A DNA stretch of 64,000 nt from Alphaproteobacteria bacterium. Lineage in GTDB: Bacteria > Pseudomonadota > Alphaproteobacteria > MPNO01. Of the stretch, positions 49,367 to 59,549 are shown in pieces. The stretch covers positions 224,001-288,000 of the forward strand of contig CBDFLJ010000001.1 in NCBI GenBank assembly GCA_965248835.1. Reading direction: 5' to 3'. The notes beneath the pieces are model-generated. The model ran no database searches. It was given only the letters and a program-made list of their open reading frames with translations, and was not told the DNA's origin. The position numbers were made by a program, and so were the translations under genes. Each line of letters begins with the position of its first letter. Position 1 is the first letter of the stretch.

Positions 49367-49965
49367 ATCGGCAGGCTCGGCTGCTGGCCGGGCCGGAGCT
49401 GCATGTCGAAGGCGGTCAGCAGCGCCGCGGTCGCCGCATAAAGCCCCATCAGCGAGACCAGGTCCACCAGGTCGCGCGCACCGAAGGCCGCGAGCGCACG
49501 GGCGTAGGTCTGCGGCCCGACGCGCTTGTCCTCGAAGATTTCGCGGCCGAGCGTGATGACCGCGGCCTCCGTCTCGTCCAGCCCGTCGACCGGCCCGCGG
49601 TGGCGTACGATGTCGATGGTCTCGGCCGACAGGCCTTCCCGTTCCGCCGCACCTTCGTGCTGGACCCATTCGAACTGGCAGTCCTGGGCGCGCGCGACCA
49701 CCAGGATCGCAAGCTCTCGGATGCGCCCGGGCAGCGCCGTCTCCCAGCGGAGATAGCCGTTGAGCGGCTGGTTCAGCACTGCGAGCTGCGGGCTGTTGAG
49801 CCGGATGCCGCCGGGCCCGTTGAGCCCGACCAGAGACCGTCCCGACGGCGTCCGGAGCTGATCGAAGATCTCCGCCGCGGCCGCATCCAACGCCTCGCGC
49901 CGGGGCACGGGCAGTCGGCAGCCGGATTCGGGATCGATGTCGTCGGGGAGCCGGGTTCCGGTCAT
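49360..49965 (-). CDS. Carboxymuconolactone decarboxylase/AhpD-like protein
   Basis: [10 protein letters not shown]...QFEWVQH...A..EGL; DLVSLMGLY. Confidence 0.82.
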   Translation of the reverse strand: MTGTRLPDDIDPESGCRLPVPRREALDAAAAEIFDQLRTPSGRSLVGLNGPGGIRLNSPQLAVLNQPLNGYLRWETALPGRIRELAILVVARAQDCQFEWVQHEGAAEREGLSAETIDIVRHRGPVDGLDETEAAVITLGREIFEDKRVGPQTYARALAAFGARDLVDLVSLMGLYAATAALLTAFDMQLRPGQQPSLPIS

Positions 49966-50081
49966 CTCTTCGCGCCTCTTGTCGATTGCCCGCGCTGCCG
50001 TTCTTCGGCCGGGGCAGCGCAGACTAGGGTGGGAGCGGGCGAAATTCCAGTCGAGACGAAGCGTTGCAGCCGCACCGGCCG

Positions 50082-50098
50082 CCGGCACATTGCTTGCG
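50082..50098 (+). promoter_or_regulatory. Possible sigma54 -24/-12 promoter
   Basis: CCGGCACATTGCTTGCG: GG-N10-GC with GGCAC and TTGC, about 70 bp before the NUDIX ATG. Confidence 0.4.
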
Positions 50099-50167
50099 AC
50101 CGGGAACCGACGAAGCCCGGAGCCGGTTCATGTTGCACCGGGCGCGGCGGGCCGGCACAGTGCGGCC

Positions 50168-50719
50168 ATGCCAAGGCCGATTCTTTCAGGCCCTTCGATC
50201 CGGGCGATCCCCGAAGGCGACACGCGCGAGCGCCTGATCTGCGGCGACTGCGGTTTCATCACCTACGACAACCCGAAGATCGTCGTCGGCTCGGTGGCGA
50301 CCTGGGACGGCCGGGTGCTGCTATGCCGCCGGGCGATCGAGCCGAGCCGCGGGCGCTGGACCTTGCCGGCCGGCTATCTGGAGCTCAACGAGACCACCGA
50401 GGCCGGCGCGGCGCGCGAGGCGATGGAAGAGGCCTGCGCGCGGATCGAGATCGAGGGGTTGCTCGCGGTCTATAACATCCCGCGGATCAGCCAGGTGCAG
50501 CTCATCTACCGCGCCCGGCTCGCCACGCCCGAAATCGCCGCCGGCGTGGAGAGCTTGGAGGTCGGCCTGTTCGATTGGGCCGATATTCCGAGCGATGAGA
50601 TCGCCTTCCCCTCGGTCCTATGGGCGCTCGGCCACTACCGCGAGTCATTGGCCGAGCCCGTCCCGCTGCCCCGCGGCAACCCGCCCGGCGGATTGCAAAA
50701 CGCGGGCGGCACCGGCTGA
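50168..50719 (+). CDS. NUDIX hydrolase with N-terminal zinc ribbon remnant
   Basis: C.DCGFI.Y.NPK.VVG; Nudix box [21 protein letters not shown]. Confidence 0.9.
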   Translation: MPRPILSGPSIRAIPEGDTRERLICGDCGFITYDNPKIVVGSVATWDGRVLLCRRAIEPSRGRWTLPAGYLELNETTEAGAAREAMEEACARIEIEGLLAVYNIPRISQVQLIYRARLATPEIAAGVESLEVGLFDWADIPSDEIAFPSVLWALGHYRESLAEPVPLPRGNPPGGLQNAGGTG

Positions 50720-50722
50720 GCG

Positions 50723-51712
50723 ATGAACGAGACCGCCCTGTGGATCACCGAGGCCGACGTGACGGCGATGCTGTCCCTGCCCGAGGCGATCGATGCGCTG
50801 GAGCGCACGCTGCTGTTGGAGGCGGCCGGCGAGGCGGCCAATATGCCCAAGGCGCACCTGATGGTCGCGGCCAACGATGCGATGCATGCAATCGGCGGCG
50901 CGGTCGCCGGTGCGGGGATCTGCGGCACCAAGACCTGGGTCAACCTGCAGGGCAGGTCGCAGACCGTGCTGGTCCTGTTCTCGCTGGAGGACGGCAGGTT
51001 GCGCGCGGTGGTGGAGGCCACCGCGCTGGGCCAGATGCGCACCGCGGCGATGACCGGCGTCGGCACACGACGGCTTGCCCGACCGGACGCCGACGTTCTG
51101 GCGGTTATCGGCTCGGGCAAGCAGGCGCTGCCCAAGGTCGCCGCCTGCGCCGCGGTCCGCGGCCTTCGCCATGTCCGAGTGTTCAGCCGCAGGCGGGAGG
51201 CGCGCGAGGCCTTCGCCGAACGGACACGCCAAGAGCTCGACCTCGAGGTGAGCGCCTGCGCAAGCCTGGAAGAGGCCGTCGAGGGCGCATCGATCATCAC
51301 GCTGATCACCAACGCGACAGAGCCGTTCCTGGACGCCTCGATGGTCGCACCAGGGACGCATATCAACGCGATGGGCGCGATCGTGCCGGCACGAGTCGAG
51401 TTCGCGCAGGACATCTTTGCGCGATGCGCGATGATCGTGGTCGACACCATCGAGGGTGTACGCGCGCTTTCGGCGGAGTTCCGCCGGCGCTATGGCGAGG
51501 ACGACGCTGCCTGGTCGGACGTGCTGCCGATATCGCGGGTGATCGCCGAGGACGCACGCCGCCCGGAAGCCTGTGACCTGACCCTGTTCAAGGCCATGGG
51601 GATGGGTATTTCCGACCTCGCGCTGGGCATCGAGGTGCTTGCGCGGGCGCAGACGCAGGGCCGCGGCACGGCCCTGCCCGAGCGCGTGCGGGTGCCGCCG
51701 CGGCTGCGCTAG
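50723..51712 (+). CDS. Ornithine cyclodeaminase/mu-crystallin family protein
   Basis: LG..RTAA, IGSGKQA, PGTHINAMGA, LFKAMGMGISDLA. Confidence 0.9.
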   Translation: MNETALWITEADVTAMLSLPEAIDALERTLLLEAAGEAANMPKAHLMVAANDAMHAIGGAVAGAGICGTKTWVNLQGRSQTVLVLFSLEDGRLRAVVEATALGQMRTAAMTGVGTRRLARPDADVLAVIGSGKQALPKVAACAAVRGLRHVRVFSRRREAREAFAERTRQELDLEVSACASLEEAVEGASIITLITNATEPFLDASMVAPGTHINAMGAIVPARVEFAQDIFARCAMIVVDTIEGVRALSAEFRRRYGEDDAAWSDVLPISRVIAEDARRPEACDLTLFKAMGMGISDLALGIEVLARAQTQGRGTALPERVRVPPRLR

Positions 51713-51717
51713 GCGCC

Positions 51718-52752
51718 TCAGCCGCCGGCGACCCGCATCTCCTCGGGCACGATGCGCCCGCCGTCGACGATCATCTGGTTGTCGAGATAGAGCGTGCAGC
51801 CCTTGAGCGGGATGTCGAGGTGGCAGAGCGTATCGTTGGTACCGCCGACCTCGGTGTTGGGCCCGGTCGAGAACAGCACGTTGCCGTAGAAGGCGCGGCC
51901 GTCCTGGCCGCCCGATTGGGCCCCGGCGTGGCCAGTCGCCATGAAGTCCCAGCGCGCGTTGGCATCCAGCCCCCAGCCGATGTGCGAGATGGCGTACGCT
52001 CGCGGGTCGTCGAACCCGGCCATGAAGGTGCGCAGCAGCTCAGCATCGAACCCCCCACCCGCGATCCCGGTCACCATGCCGGCCTCGATCGTCAGCGTGA
52101 TCGGATCGATGACGTAGCGCATCAAGGGCAGCAGCATGTCGCCGGTGTCGATGACCACGGTACCGTCGACGCCGTCGTCGTGGGCGGCGGTGTAGAGGAA
52201 CACGCCCGGCCAGGCGTCCCAGCGGCCCGGCGTGTCGGTGAACCCGTATTGTTGGACGACGTGGTACTTGCCGAGCCGGTAGACGACATCGGTGCCGCCG
52301 GGCGAGGTGATGCGCATCTCTTTCGCCTTGCCCAGAATTTCCGCGCCCGCCTCGATGCGCTGCCGGTCGTCCGGTGTGGACAACATGCGGCGCAGCACCT
52401 CGATGTGCTCGACCACCAGCAGCATGCGCGGGCCGGCGGCGGTGATCTCGGTCTGCTCTTCGGACCACAGCAGCCCGACCAGATCGACGACCATGTCCAC
52501 GCCCTTGAGCGCGGTGATAGCCGGCGCATTGCCCTTCAGGGAATTGCCCGGGCCGAAGAAGCTGCCCGGCCGCTTCCTGATGTTGACCTGGAAGGCATCG
52601 GCGCGGAGCGCCGCGGCCGCGGCGAGGAAGGCCGCGGCGTAGTCCGCCCGGACCTCACCCTCAGCCAGGACGGCAAGGCTGGTGCCCGCGCCGACCTTGC
52701 ACAGCTCGAGTTCCTGCCTGAACAGAGAGACCATATCCGCATCGGAAGCCAT
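51718..52752 (-). CDS. 2,5-dihydroxypyridine 5,6-dioxygenase (NicX)-like protein, divergent
   Basis: YG..D.PGRWD.WP, SHIGWG, DGRAFYGN.LFSTGPN.E.GG, CHLD.P; AGGAAAGG RBS. Confidence 0.8.
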   Translation of the reverse strand: MASDADMVSLFRQELELCKVGAGTSLAVLAEGEVRADYAAAFLAAAAALRADAFQVNIRKRPGSFFGPGNSLKGNAPAITALKGVDMVVDLVGLLWSEEQTEITAAGPRMLLVVEHIEVLRRMLSTPDDRQRIEAGAEILGKAKEMRITSPGGTDVVYRLGKYHVVQQYGFTDTPGRWDAWPGVFLYTAAHDDGVDGTVVIDTGDMLLPLMRYVIDPITLTIEAGMVTGIAGGGFDAELLRTFMAGFDDPRAYAISHIGWGLDANARWDFMATGHAGAQSGGQDGRAFYGNVLFSTGPNTEVGGTNDTLCHLDIPLKGCTLYLDNQMIVDGGRIVPEEMRVAGG

Positions 52753-52772
52753 CGTTTCCCCTTTCCTCGCGG

Positions 52773-53972
52773 CTAGCGGGCGTCGCCGTCGCCCTGCATC
52801 GCGTCCAGATAGCGGTTGATCCGGTGATGGATCGCGATCTCCTGAGCGTGCATCGGACCGCCGGCGAACCGCCGCGAACGCAGACCCTTCTGGGTGTATT
52901 GCAGCAATTCCATGTCCTCGCCCGCGAACTTGCGGGCGAAGTCCTTGAGAAGCTCGACCTTCTGCGCGAACGCCGGCGTTTCCTCCGCGCCCTTCCACAG
53001 GCAGGTGAACCCGGTCACCCGCGACCGTTCGGGCCCCAGCGGATAGCTCACCCAGGGCTGGATCATGTCCGCACGGGCCAGGAAGTTGAAGTTCGGCCGC
53101 AGGAAGGCGCTGTAGGCAAAGGACGGGCCGAGCTCGTGATCGGCGAGCCACGGCGTCGGCCCGAACAGAAGCGCGCCGTCGGGCGACATGCTGCGGCTCG
53201 GATAGACCTTGCGCCAGCCCCACTTGGTGAACACCACGTCGCGCAGCGAGGTCTCGCCGAAGCCCTCGGTCGCGAAGCTGCCCTTGTGGATGACCTCGAC
53301 ATGGTAGGTGTCGATCAGGTTCTCCGGCAGAAGCTTCCAGTTGCAGTCGATCTCGTAGGTGAACCGGTCGACCAGCCGCATGTCCTCGGACCGCAGAAAC
53401 GCCGCGGAGTCGGCGAACGCGTCGGCGGCCATGTATTCGGCCAGGCTCGGGCCTTCGTCGTCGAAGCACACGAAGATGCAGCCGCCCCAGGTCTCCAGCC
53501 TGATCGGCGACAGGCCGCAGCTCGCGACATCGAAGCGCGGCAGCCCGCGAGGCTGCGACGGCGCGACCAGCTTGCCGTCGAGGTCATAGATCCAGCCGTG
53601 GAACGGGCAGCGGAAGTCGGGCGTATTGCCGTTTCCCGAGGCGACCGCGGCACCGCGATGCCGGCAGACGTTGGTGAAGGCGCGCAGCGCGCGATGCGCG
53701 TTCATGCAAAGCAGGATCGGCTCGCCGACGATCTCCATGGTCATGAAATCGCCGGGCTCGGAGAGCTCTTCGACTCGGGCGAGCATCAGCCAGTCCCGCA
53801 TGAACAGCTTCTCGACCTCCATCTCGTAGATGTCCGGGGAGGTGTAGTAGTGGCCCGGCAGGTGGCGCGCATCCTCCAGACGCGCGCGCGTCGGCGCGAG
53901 CTCCTCTTCGGAGAAGTATCGCGCAGCGCCGTTGCGCCTGGAGTCTCGGGGGTCGGAGAGGGCAGTGCTCAT
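52773..53972 (-). CDS. Rieske oxygenase alpha subunit (choline monooxygenase/GbcA-like group)
   Basis: CRHRG...CPFHGW; CNWK...EN.ID.YH...IH; ED......QKGL.S. Confidence 0.9.
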   Translation of the reverse strand: MSTALSDPRDSRRNGAARYFSEEELAPTRARLEDARHLPGHYYTSPDIYEMEVEKLFMRDWLMLARVEELSEPGDFMTMEIVGEPILLCMNAHRALRAFTNVCRHRGAAVASGNGNTPDFRCPFHGWIYDLDGKLVAPSQPRGLPRFDVASCGLSPIRLETWGGCIFVCFDDEGPSLAEYMAADAFADSAAFLRSEDMRLVDRFTYEIDCNWKLLPENLIDTYHVEVIHKGSFATEGFGETSLRDVVFTKWGWRKVYPSRSMSPDGALLFGPTPWLADHELGPSFAYSAFLRPNFNFLARADMIQPWVSYPLGPERSRVTGFTCLWKGAEETPAFAQKVELLKDFARKFAGEDMELLQYTQKGLRSRRFAGGPMHAQEIAIHHRINRYLDAMQGDGDAR

Positions 53973-54066
53973 TGGCGGTGCCTCGTTCAACGCCTGTCGG
54001 CTATCGGAGCCTAACAACACGGATTTTGGCCGGCAAGCGCCCGACGCGATCCGCAGCAGGCCTGCG

Positions 54067-54999
54067 CTAGTCTACCAGTCCCACCAGGCGGCGGGCGAAG
54101 GCGGTGGCCTCGAACGGGCGCAGGTCGTCCTCGCCTTCGCCGACGCCGACCGCGTGTACCGCCAGGCCGAAGCGCTCGGCCAGCGCGACCACGACGCCGC
54201 CTTTGGCCGAACCGTCGAGCTTGGTCAGCACCAGCCCGGTGACATCGGTCATCTCCCGGAAGGTGCCGACCTGGGCGTGGGCGTTCTGGCCGGTGGTCGC
54301 ATCGAGTACCAGGAGGCAGGAATGCGGCGCGTCCGGATCGAGCTTGCCGATCACCCGGATGATCTTCTGCAGCTCGGCCATCAGGTCGGCCCGGTTTTGC
54401 AGCCGCCCGGCGGTGTCGACCAGCAGCACGTCGGCGCCCTCGTCGCGCGCCCGCGCCAGGGCGTCGAAGACCAGCCCGGCGGCGTCCGCGCCGGTCGGCC
54501 GGGACACGACCGGGCAGCCGATACGCTCGCCCCACAGCGCGAGCTGGCTGACGCCGGCGGCGCGGAACGTATCGCCGGCGGCCAGCATCACCTTGTGGCC
54601 GTCCTCGCCGAGCTGCTTGGCGAGCTTGCCGATGGTGGTGGTCTTGCCGGTCCCGTTGACGCCGACCACCAGGACGACATGGGGCCTCAGCGCGGCATCG
54701 ATCGTCAGCGGCACGGCAACCGGATCGAGGATGCCGGCGATATCCTCGGCCAGCGCTGCGCGCACCTCCTCGGCCGTGACCTCCGTCCCGAAGCGGGTCC
54801 GGGCCAGGTTGGCCGCGAGCCTGGCGGCGGTCTCGACCCCGAGGTCGGCGCCGATCAGCAGATCTTCGAGCTCTTGCAGCGCCGCCTCATCCAGGGTGCG
54901 CCGCGCGAAGATCCCGGTGATGCCGTCCGACAGCCGGCGCGAGGTCCGCGACAGCCCGGCGCTCAGCCGGCCGAGCCAGGACGTAGGCGCATCGCTCAT
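54067..54999 (-). CDS. ftsY: SRP receptor FtsY
   Basis: GVNGTGKTTT, AAGDTFRAA, DTAGRLQN, DATTGQN, TKLDGSAKGG. Confidence 0.97.
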   Translation of the reverse strand: MSDAPTSWLGRLSAGLSRTSRRLSDGITGIFARRTLDEAALQELEDLLIGADLGVETAARLAANLARTRFGTEVTAEEVRAALAEDIAGILDPVAVPLTIDAALRPHVVLVVGVNGTGKTTTIGKLAKQLGEDGHKVMLAAGDTFRAAGVSQLALWGERIGCPVVSRPTGADAAGLVFDALARARDEGADVLLVDTAGRLQNRADLMAELQKIIRVIGKLDPDAPHSCLLVLDATTGQNAHAQVGTFREMTDVTGLVLTKLDGSAKGGVVVALAERFGLAVHAVGVGEGEDDLRPFEATAFARRLVGLVD

Positions 55000-56237
55000 G
55001 CGTGCAGCCGGCCGTCCAGCGCGCCCGCGCCATGGCCGGTCACGACGGCGGCGACGATCGCGCCCGGCGGCGCCGCGCGGTCGAGTCGCAGCTTGGCGAA
55101 CTGCTCCGTCCGGCCGAGCTGGTCGGACTCGACCAGAACGCGCTCGCGCGCGCCGAGGCGGCTCGCCAGCAGCGCATCCAGCCGCGCAGCGCCCGCCTTG
55201 CGAAGCGCCGCGGCGCGGTCCTTGCGCGCCTGGGCCGCGACCTGCGGCATCCTGGCCGCCGGCGTCCCGGGCCGCGCGGAATAGGGAAAGACGTGCAGAT
55301 ACGAAAGCCCCGCCTGATCGACCAGCGACAGCGAGTCGGCGAACATCGCCTCGGTCTCGGTCGGGAATCCGGCGATCATGTCGGCGCCGAAGACCGCCTC
55401 CGGCCGCGCCCGGCGCACTTCGTCGCAGAATGCGATGATGTCGCCGCGCGCGTGCCGCCGGGCCATGCGCTTGAGGATCATGTCCGATCCGGACTGGGCG
55501 CTGATGTGGAAATGCGGCATCAGCCGCGCGTCTTCGCCGATCGCGTCCATCAGCCCGGCATCGATTTCCGCCGGGTCGAGCGAGGACAGCCGCAACCGCG
55601 GCAGCCCGGTGACCTGCCGCAGGATCGCGCGCACCAGCGCGCCAAGCCCCCGCCGGCCATCGAGGTCGCAGCCGTAATCGGTGATATCGACCCCGGTCAG
55701 CACCACCTCGCGGCAGCCGTTGTCCACCAGGGTGCGGATCTGCGCGATCACCGCATCCGCCGGCAGCGACCGGTTGGGCCCCCGGGCAAACGGGATGATG
55801 CAGAACGTGCAGCGGTGGTCGCAGCCCCGCTGGATCTCGACGAAGGCCCGCACGCGGCCCTCCAGCCCGTCGATCAGGTGCTGCGCGCCCGTGCGCGCGG
55901 CCATGATGTCGCCGACATCGGTGCCCGGACCGGCGCGGTAGCTCGCCGCATCGAGCTTTTCTCGGTTGCCGATGACGCGGTCGACCTCCGGCAGGGCGGC
56001 ATAGCGCGCGGGATCGAGCTGGGCCGCGCAGCCGGTGACGATGATCCGGCGTGCGGGTGCTGCCCGGTGCGCCCGGCGGATCGCCTGGCGCACCTGCCGC
56101 TCGGCCTCGGCGGTGACCGCGCAGGTGTTGACGATAACCGCATCGCGCAGGCCGGCCTCCCCGGCGCGGCGGCGGATCACCTCGGACTCGAAGGCATTCA
56201 GACGGCAGCCGAAGGTGAGGATCTCGGGCGCGCTCAT
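54996..56237 (-). CDS. mtaB: tRNA t6A37 methylthiotransferase
   Basis: TFGCRLN..ESE, NTCAVT, GCDHRCTFC radical SAM motif, HVFPYS.RPGT. Confidence 0.93.
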   Translation of the reverse strand: MSAPEILTFGCRLNAFESEVIRRRAGEAGLRDAVIVNTCAVTAEAERQVRQAIRRAHRAAPARRIIVTGCAAQLDPARYAALPEVDRVIGNREKLDAASYRAGPGTDVGDIMAARTGAQHLIDGLEGRVRAFVEIQRGCDHRCTFCIIPFARGPNRSLPADAVIAQIRTLVDNGCREVVLTGVDITDYGCDLDGRRGLGALVRAILRQVTGLPRLRLSSLDPAEIDAGLMDAIGEDARLMPHFHISAQSGSDMILKRMARRHARGDIIAFCDEVRRARPEAVFGADMIAGFPTETEAMFADSLSLVDQAGLSYLHVFPYSARPGTPAARMPQVAAQARKDRAAALRKAGAARLDALLASRLGARERVLVESDQLGRTEQFAKLRLDRAAPPGAIVAAVVTGHGAGALDGRLHA

Positions 56238-57055
56238 ACCGGGAAGCAGCCCTTGAAGCTGGCCGCGAACGGCCCGGTCATGTGGACATGGTTGTCCGCG
56301 CGCCAGTCGATCTCCAGCGACCCGCCGTCGAGGACGACTTCTGCCCGGCGCGCGGCGAGCCCGCGGCGCGCGGCGGCGACCACGGCGGCGCAGGCGCCGG
56401 TGCCGCAGGCCTGGGTGAGGCCGGCCCCGCGCTCCCACACCCTCACCCGCAGCCGGTCGCGGGCGAGCACGGTGAGGACGCCAACATTCGCGCGCTCGGG
56501 AAAGATCGGGTGGTGCTCGAGCCTGGGACCGAGCACGGCGAGGTCCACCGCCTCGGCATCGTCGACGAAAAAGACCGCATGCGGGTTGCCCATGCCGACC
56601 GCGGCAGGCCCGCTCAACGCGCCGTCCGCGAGATCGAGCCGCATGGTATCGGCCTGTTCCGCCAGCGGGATGCGTTGCCAGTCGAAGGCAGGCTCGCCCA
56701 TGTCGACGCTGATCAACCCCGGCCCGGCGCGCCGCGCCGCCAGCGTCCCGGCATTGGTGTGCAGCCGGACGGTGTCCTGCGCCAGCTCGTCCATCATCAG
56801 CCCGGCGACGCAGCGGGCCGCGTTGCCGCAGGCATCGACCTCGCCGCCGTCGGCGTTGTAGATGGTGAAATGCACATCGGCGTCAGGGTCGGCCGGCGGC
56901 CCGATGACGATGAACTGGTCGAACCCGATGCCGCGGCGGCGGTCGGCCAGCGCGCGCACGTCCTCGCGTGACAGGCAAGGCGCCTGAAGCCGCGCATCGA
57001 TGATCACGAAGTCGTTGCCGAGCCCGTGCATCTTGATGAAGTCGGTCCGCTGCAT
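56234..57055 (-). CDS. dapF: Diaminopimelate epimerase
   Basis: KMHGLGNDF, CGNA.RC, MGNPH, ERGAG.T.ACGTG. Confidence 0.97.
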   Translation of the reverse strand: MQRTDFIKMHGLGNDFVIIDARLQAPCLSREDVRALADRRRGIGFDQFIVIGPPADPDADVHFTIYNADGGEVDACGNAARCVAGLMMDELAQDTVRLHTNAGTLAARRAGPGLISVDMGEPAFDWQRIPLAEQADTMRLDLADGALSGPAAVGMGNPHAVFFVDDAEAVDLAVLGPRLEHHPIFPERANVGVLTVLARDRLRVRVWERGAGLTQACGTGACAAVVAAARRGLAARRAEVVLDGGSLEIDWRADNHVHMTGPFAASFKGCFPV

Positions 57056-57169
57056 CACAGCGGTAAATATTGCCTCGACCGGGCGAAAGTCTACCGGAAA
57101 CGCCTTTACTCGCGGCCGTCGGATGGCAAGACTGCCACCAATTCGCCAAACCATCCGGGAGAGGCCGTC

Positions 57170-59491
57170 GTGAAGTTCGGAGTGGGACAGCCGGTGCCGC
57201 GGACCGAGGATCCGCGCTTCCTCAAGGGCGAGGGCCGGTATGTCGACGACATCACCCTGCCGGGCCAGGTCCACGCCTATGTCCTGCGCTCGCCGCATGC
57301 CCATGCCGATATCACCGCCATCGATAGCGCTGCGGCGGCGGCCGCGGCGGGCGTGCTGCTGGTGATGACCGGCGAGGATATCCCGGCCGAAGGCGTGCCG
57401 GGCATCCCCCATTTCATCCCGCCGATGGCTTTCGGCGCCCCGCCGCCGAAATTCAGCCCGACTCATCCGGTGCTTGCCCGCCGAAGGGTTCGCCACGTCG
57501 GCGACCCGGTGGCGTGCGTCGTCGCCGAGACTCTCGACCAGGCCAAGGATGCCGCCGAGTTGATCGTTGTCGATTACCAGATCCTGCCCGCGATCACGGC
57601 GACCGCGGATGCGACGTCGCCCGATGCGCCGCAGGTCTGGGAGGAGGCCGACAACAACACCTGGTTCACGATCGAGCGCGGCGACAAGGCCGCCACCGAC
57701 GCGGCTTTCGCCCGGGCCGCCCACGTCACCCGTCTGCCCCTGGTCAACAACCGGCTGATCTGCAACGCGATGGAGCCGCGCGCGACGATCGCCGCCTACG
57801 TTGCCGCCACCGACCACTGGACGGTGTGGACCGAGACCCAGGCCCCGCACGCCCAGCGCACCCATTACGCCAAGGTCTTCGGCAAGCCCGAAGCCCATTT
57901 CCGGGTGATCAGCCCCGATGTCGGGGGCGGCTTCGGGATGAAGAACAACGTCTATTGCGAAGACGTGATGGTCATCATCGCCGCCCGCCGGCTGCAGCGG
58001 CCGGTGCGCTGGACGGCCGACCGCAGCGAAAGCCTGGTCAGCGACGCGCACGCCCGCGACGCGGTCAGCGATGCCGCGCTGGCGCTCGATGCCGAGGGCA
58101 GGTTCCTCGCCATGCGGGTGAAGACCAACCACGCCGTGGGCGCCTATCTTGGCGAGGCCGCAACCGTCCCGGTCGGGCTCGGTTCGACCATGTATGTCGG
58201 CGGCTACGACCTGCCGACCTGTCACATCGAGGTCAACGCCGTCTTTACCAACACGACCCTGATCAGCCCCTATCGCGGCGCCGGGCGGCCGGAGGCGGGC
58301 TACGTCATCGAGCGGCTGGTCGATGCGGCCGCGGTCGAGATGGGGATCGATCCGGTCGCGCTGCGCCGGCGCAACTACATCAAGCAGGCCGCAATGCCTT
58401 ATCAGACCGCGGTCGGCAGCATCTACGACAGCGGCGCGTTCGAGCGCGTCACCGACTTGGCGACCGAGCTTGCCGAAGTCTCGGCGTTCGCCGCCCGCCG
58501 CGCGGAATCGGCCGCCAACGGCAAGCTGCGCGGGCTCGGCATCACCTTCTTCATCGAGGTCGGCGCGCCGTTCAACGACCGCATGCAGGTCTATTTCGAC
58601 CCCACCGGCGGGGTCACGGTTGCCGCCGGCACCCACAACCACGGGCAGGGCCACGAAACGATCTATGCCCAGATGATCTCCGAGTGGCTCGGGGTGCCCT
58701 TCGAGTCGATTCGCCTGGTCCAGGGCGATTCCGATGCCGTCGCCTTCGGGCGCGGCACCTACGGCTCACGCTCGGCGACCATCGGCGGCTCGGCGCTGAA
58801 GGACGCGGCCGACCGGATCATCGACAAGGCAAAGAAGATGGCCGCCCACCTGATGGAGGCGGCCGAGGCCGATATCGAGTTCGCCGAGGGCACGTTCACG
58901 GTCGCCGGCACCGACAAGTCGATCGGCATCGTCCAGGTCGCCCAGGCTTCGTTCATGCCGATGGGCTGGCCGGCCGAGTTCGGCATCGGGTTGGAGGCGA
59001 CGGGGACGTTCTCGCCGTCGAACGGCAACTTCCCCAACGGCTGTCATATCTGCGAGGTCGAGGTCGACCGGGACACCGGCCATGTCGCGCTGGTCCGCTA
59101 CAGCGCGGTCGACGATTCGGGCGTAATCATCAACCCGCTCCTGTTCGAGGGGCAGATCCACGGCGGGCTCGCCCAGGGCATCGGCCAGGCGCTGTGCGAA
59201 TGCGCAGTCTACGACCCCGACTCCGGCCAGCTCATGTCGGGCTCGTTCATGGACTACTGCATGCCGCGTGCCGACGACATGCCTTCGTTCGTGCTGGACG
59301 ACATCGAGGTGCCGTGCACGTCCAACCCGCTGGGCGTCAAGGGCGCGGGCGAGACCGGCACGGTCGCCGCCGTGCCCGCGGTGGTCCATGCCATCCTCGA
59401 TGCGCTGCGTCCGCTGGGCGTCGACAACATCCAGATGCCGGCAACCCCGCTCGCGGTCTGGCAGGCGATCCGCCAGGCGCAGGCGGCGTGA
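57170..59491 (+). CDS. Xanthine dehydrogenase family Mo-cofactor large subunit (CoxL form II-like)
   Basis: KFGVGQPVPRTEDPRFL, DVGGGFGMK, PYRGAGRPE, GQGHET, EGQIHGG, NPLGVKGAGE. Confidence 0.93.
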   Translation: MKFGVGQPVPRTEDPRFLKGEGRYVDDITLPGQVHAYVLRSPHAHADITAIDSAAAAAAAGVLLVMTGEDIPAEGVPGIPHFIPPMAFGAPPPKFSPTHPVLARRRVRHVGDPVACVVAETLDQAKDAAELIVVDYQILPAITATADATSPDAPQVWEEADNNTWFTIERGDKAATDAAFARAAHVTRLPLVNNRLICNAMEPRATIAAYVAATDHWTVWTETQAPHAQRTHYAKVFGKPEAHFRVISPDVGGGFGMKNNVYCEDVMVIIAARRLQRPVRWTADRSESLVSDAHARDAVSDAALALDAEGRFLAMRVKTNHAVGAYLGEAATVPVGLGSTMYVGGYDLPTCHIEVNAVFTNTTLISPYRGAGRPEAGYVIERLVDAAAVEMGIDPVALRRRNYIKQAAMPYQTAVGSIYDSGAFERVTDLATELAEVSAFAARRAESAANGKLRGLGITFFIEVGAPFNDRMQVYFDPTGGVTVAAGTHNHGQGHETIYAQMISEWLGVPFESIRLVQGDSDAVAFGRGTYGSRSATIGGSALKDAADRIIDKAKKMAAHLMEAAEADIEFAEGTFTVAGTDKSIGIVQVAQASFMPMGWPAEFGIGLEATGTFSPSNGNFPNGCHICEVEVDRDTGHVALVRYSAVDDSGVIINPLLFEGQIHGGLAQGIGQALCECAVYDPDSGQLMSGSFMDYCMPRADDMPSFVLDDIEVPCTSNPLGVKGAGETGTVAAVPAVVHAILDALRPLGVDNIQMPATPLAVWQAIRQAQAA

Positions 59492-59549
59492 GCCGGACCG
59501 TTCACGCCTTGCCTACAGGCCGGACCGCCAGGCGAACGCCTGCGCCGCC

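Noticed and set aside
51718-53469. 583-aa ORF suggesting an extended NicX
   Set aside because: The extra N-terminus is an alternative frame of the Rieske gene; RBS and homology begin at 52752.
56234-58654. 806-aa ORF suggesting a DapF fusion
   Set aside because: The extension is the antisense shadow of the CoxL-like gene; DapF starts at 57055.
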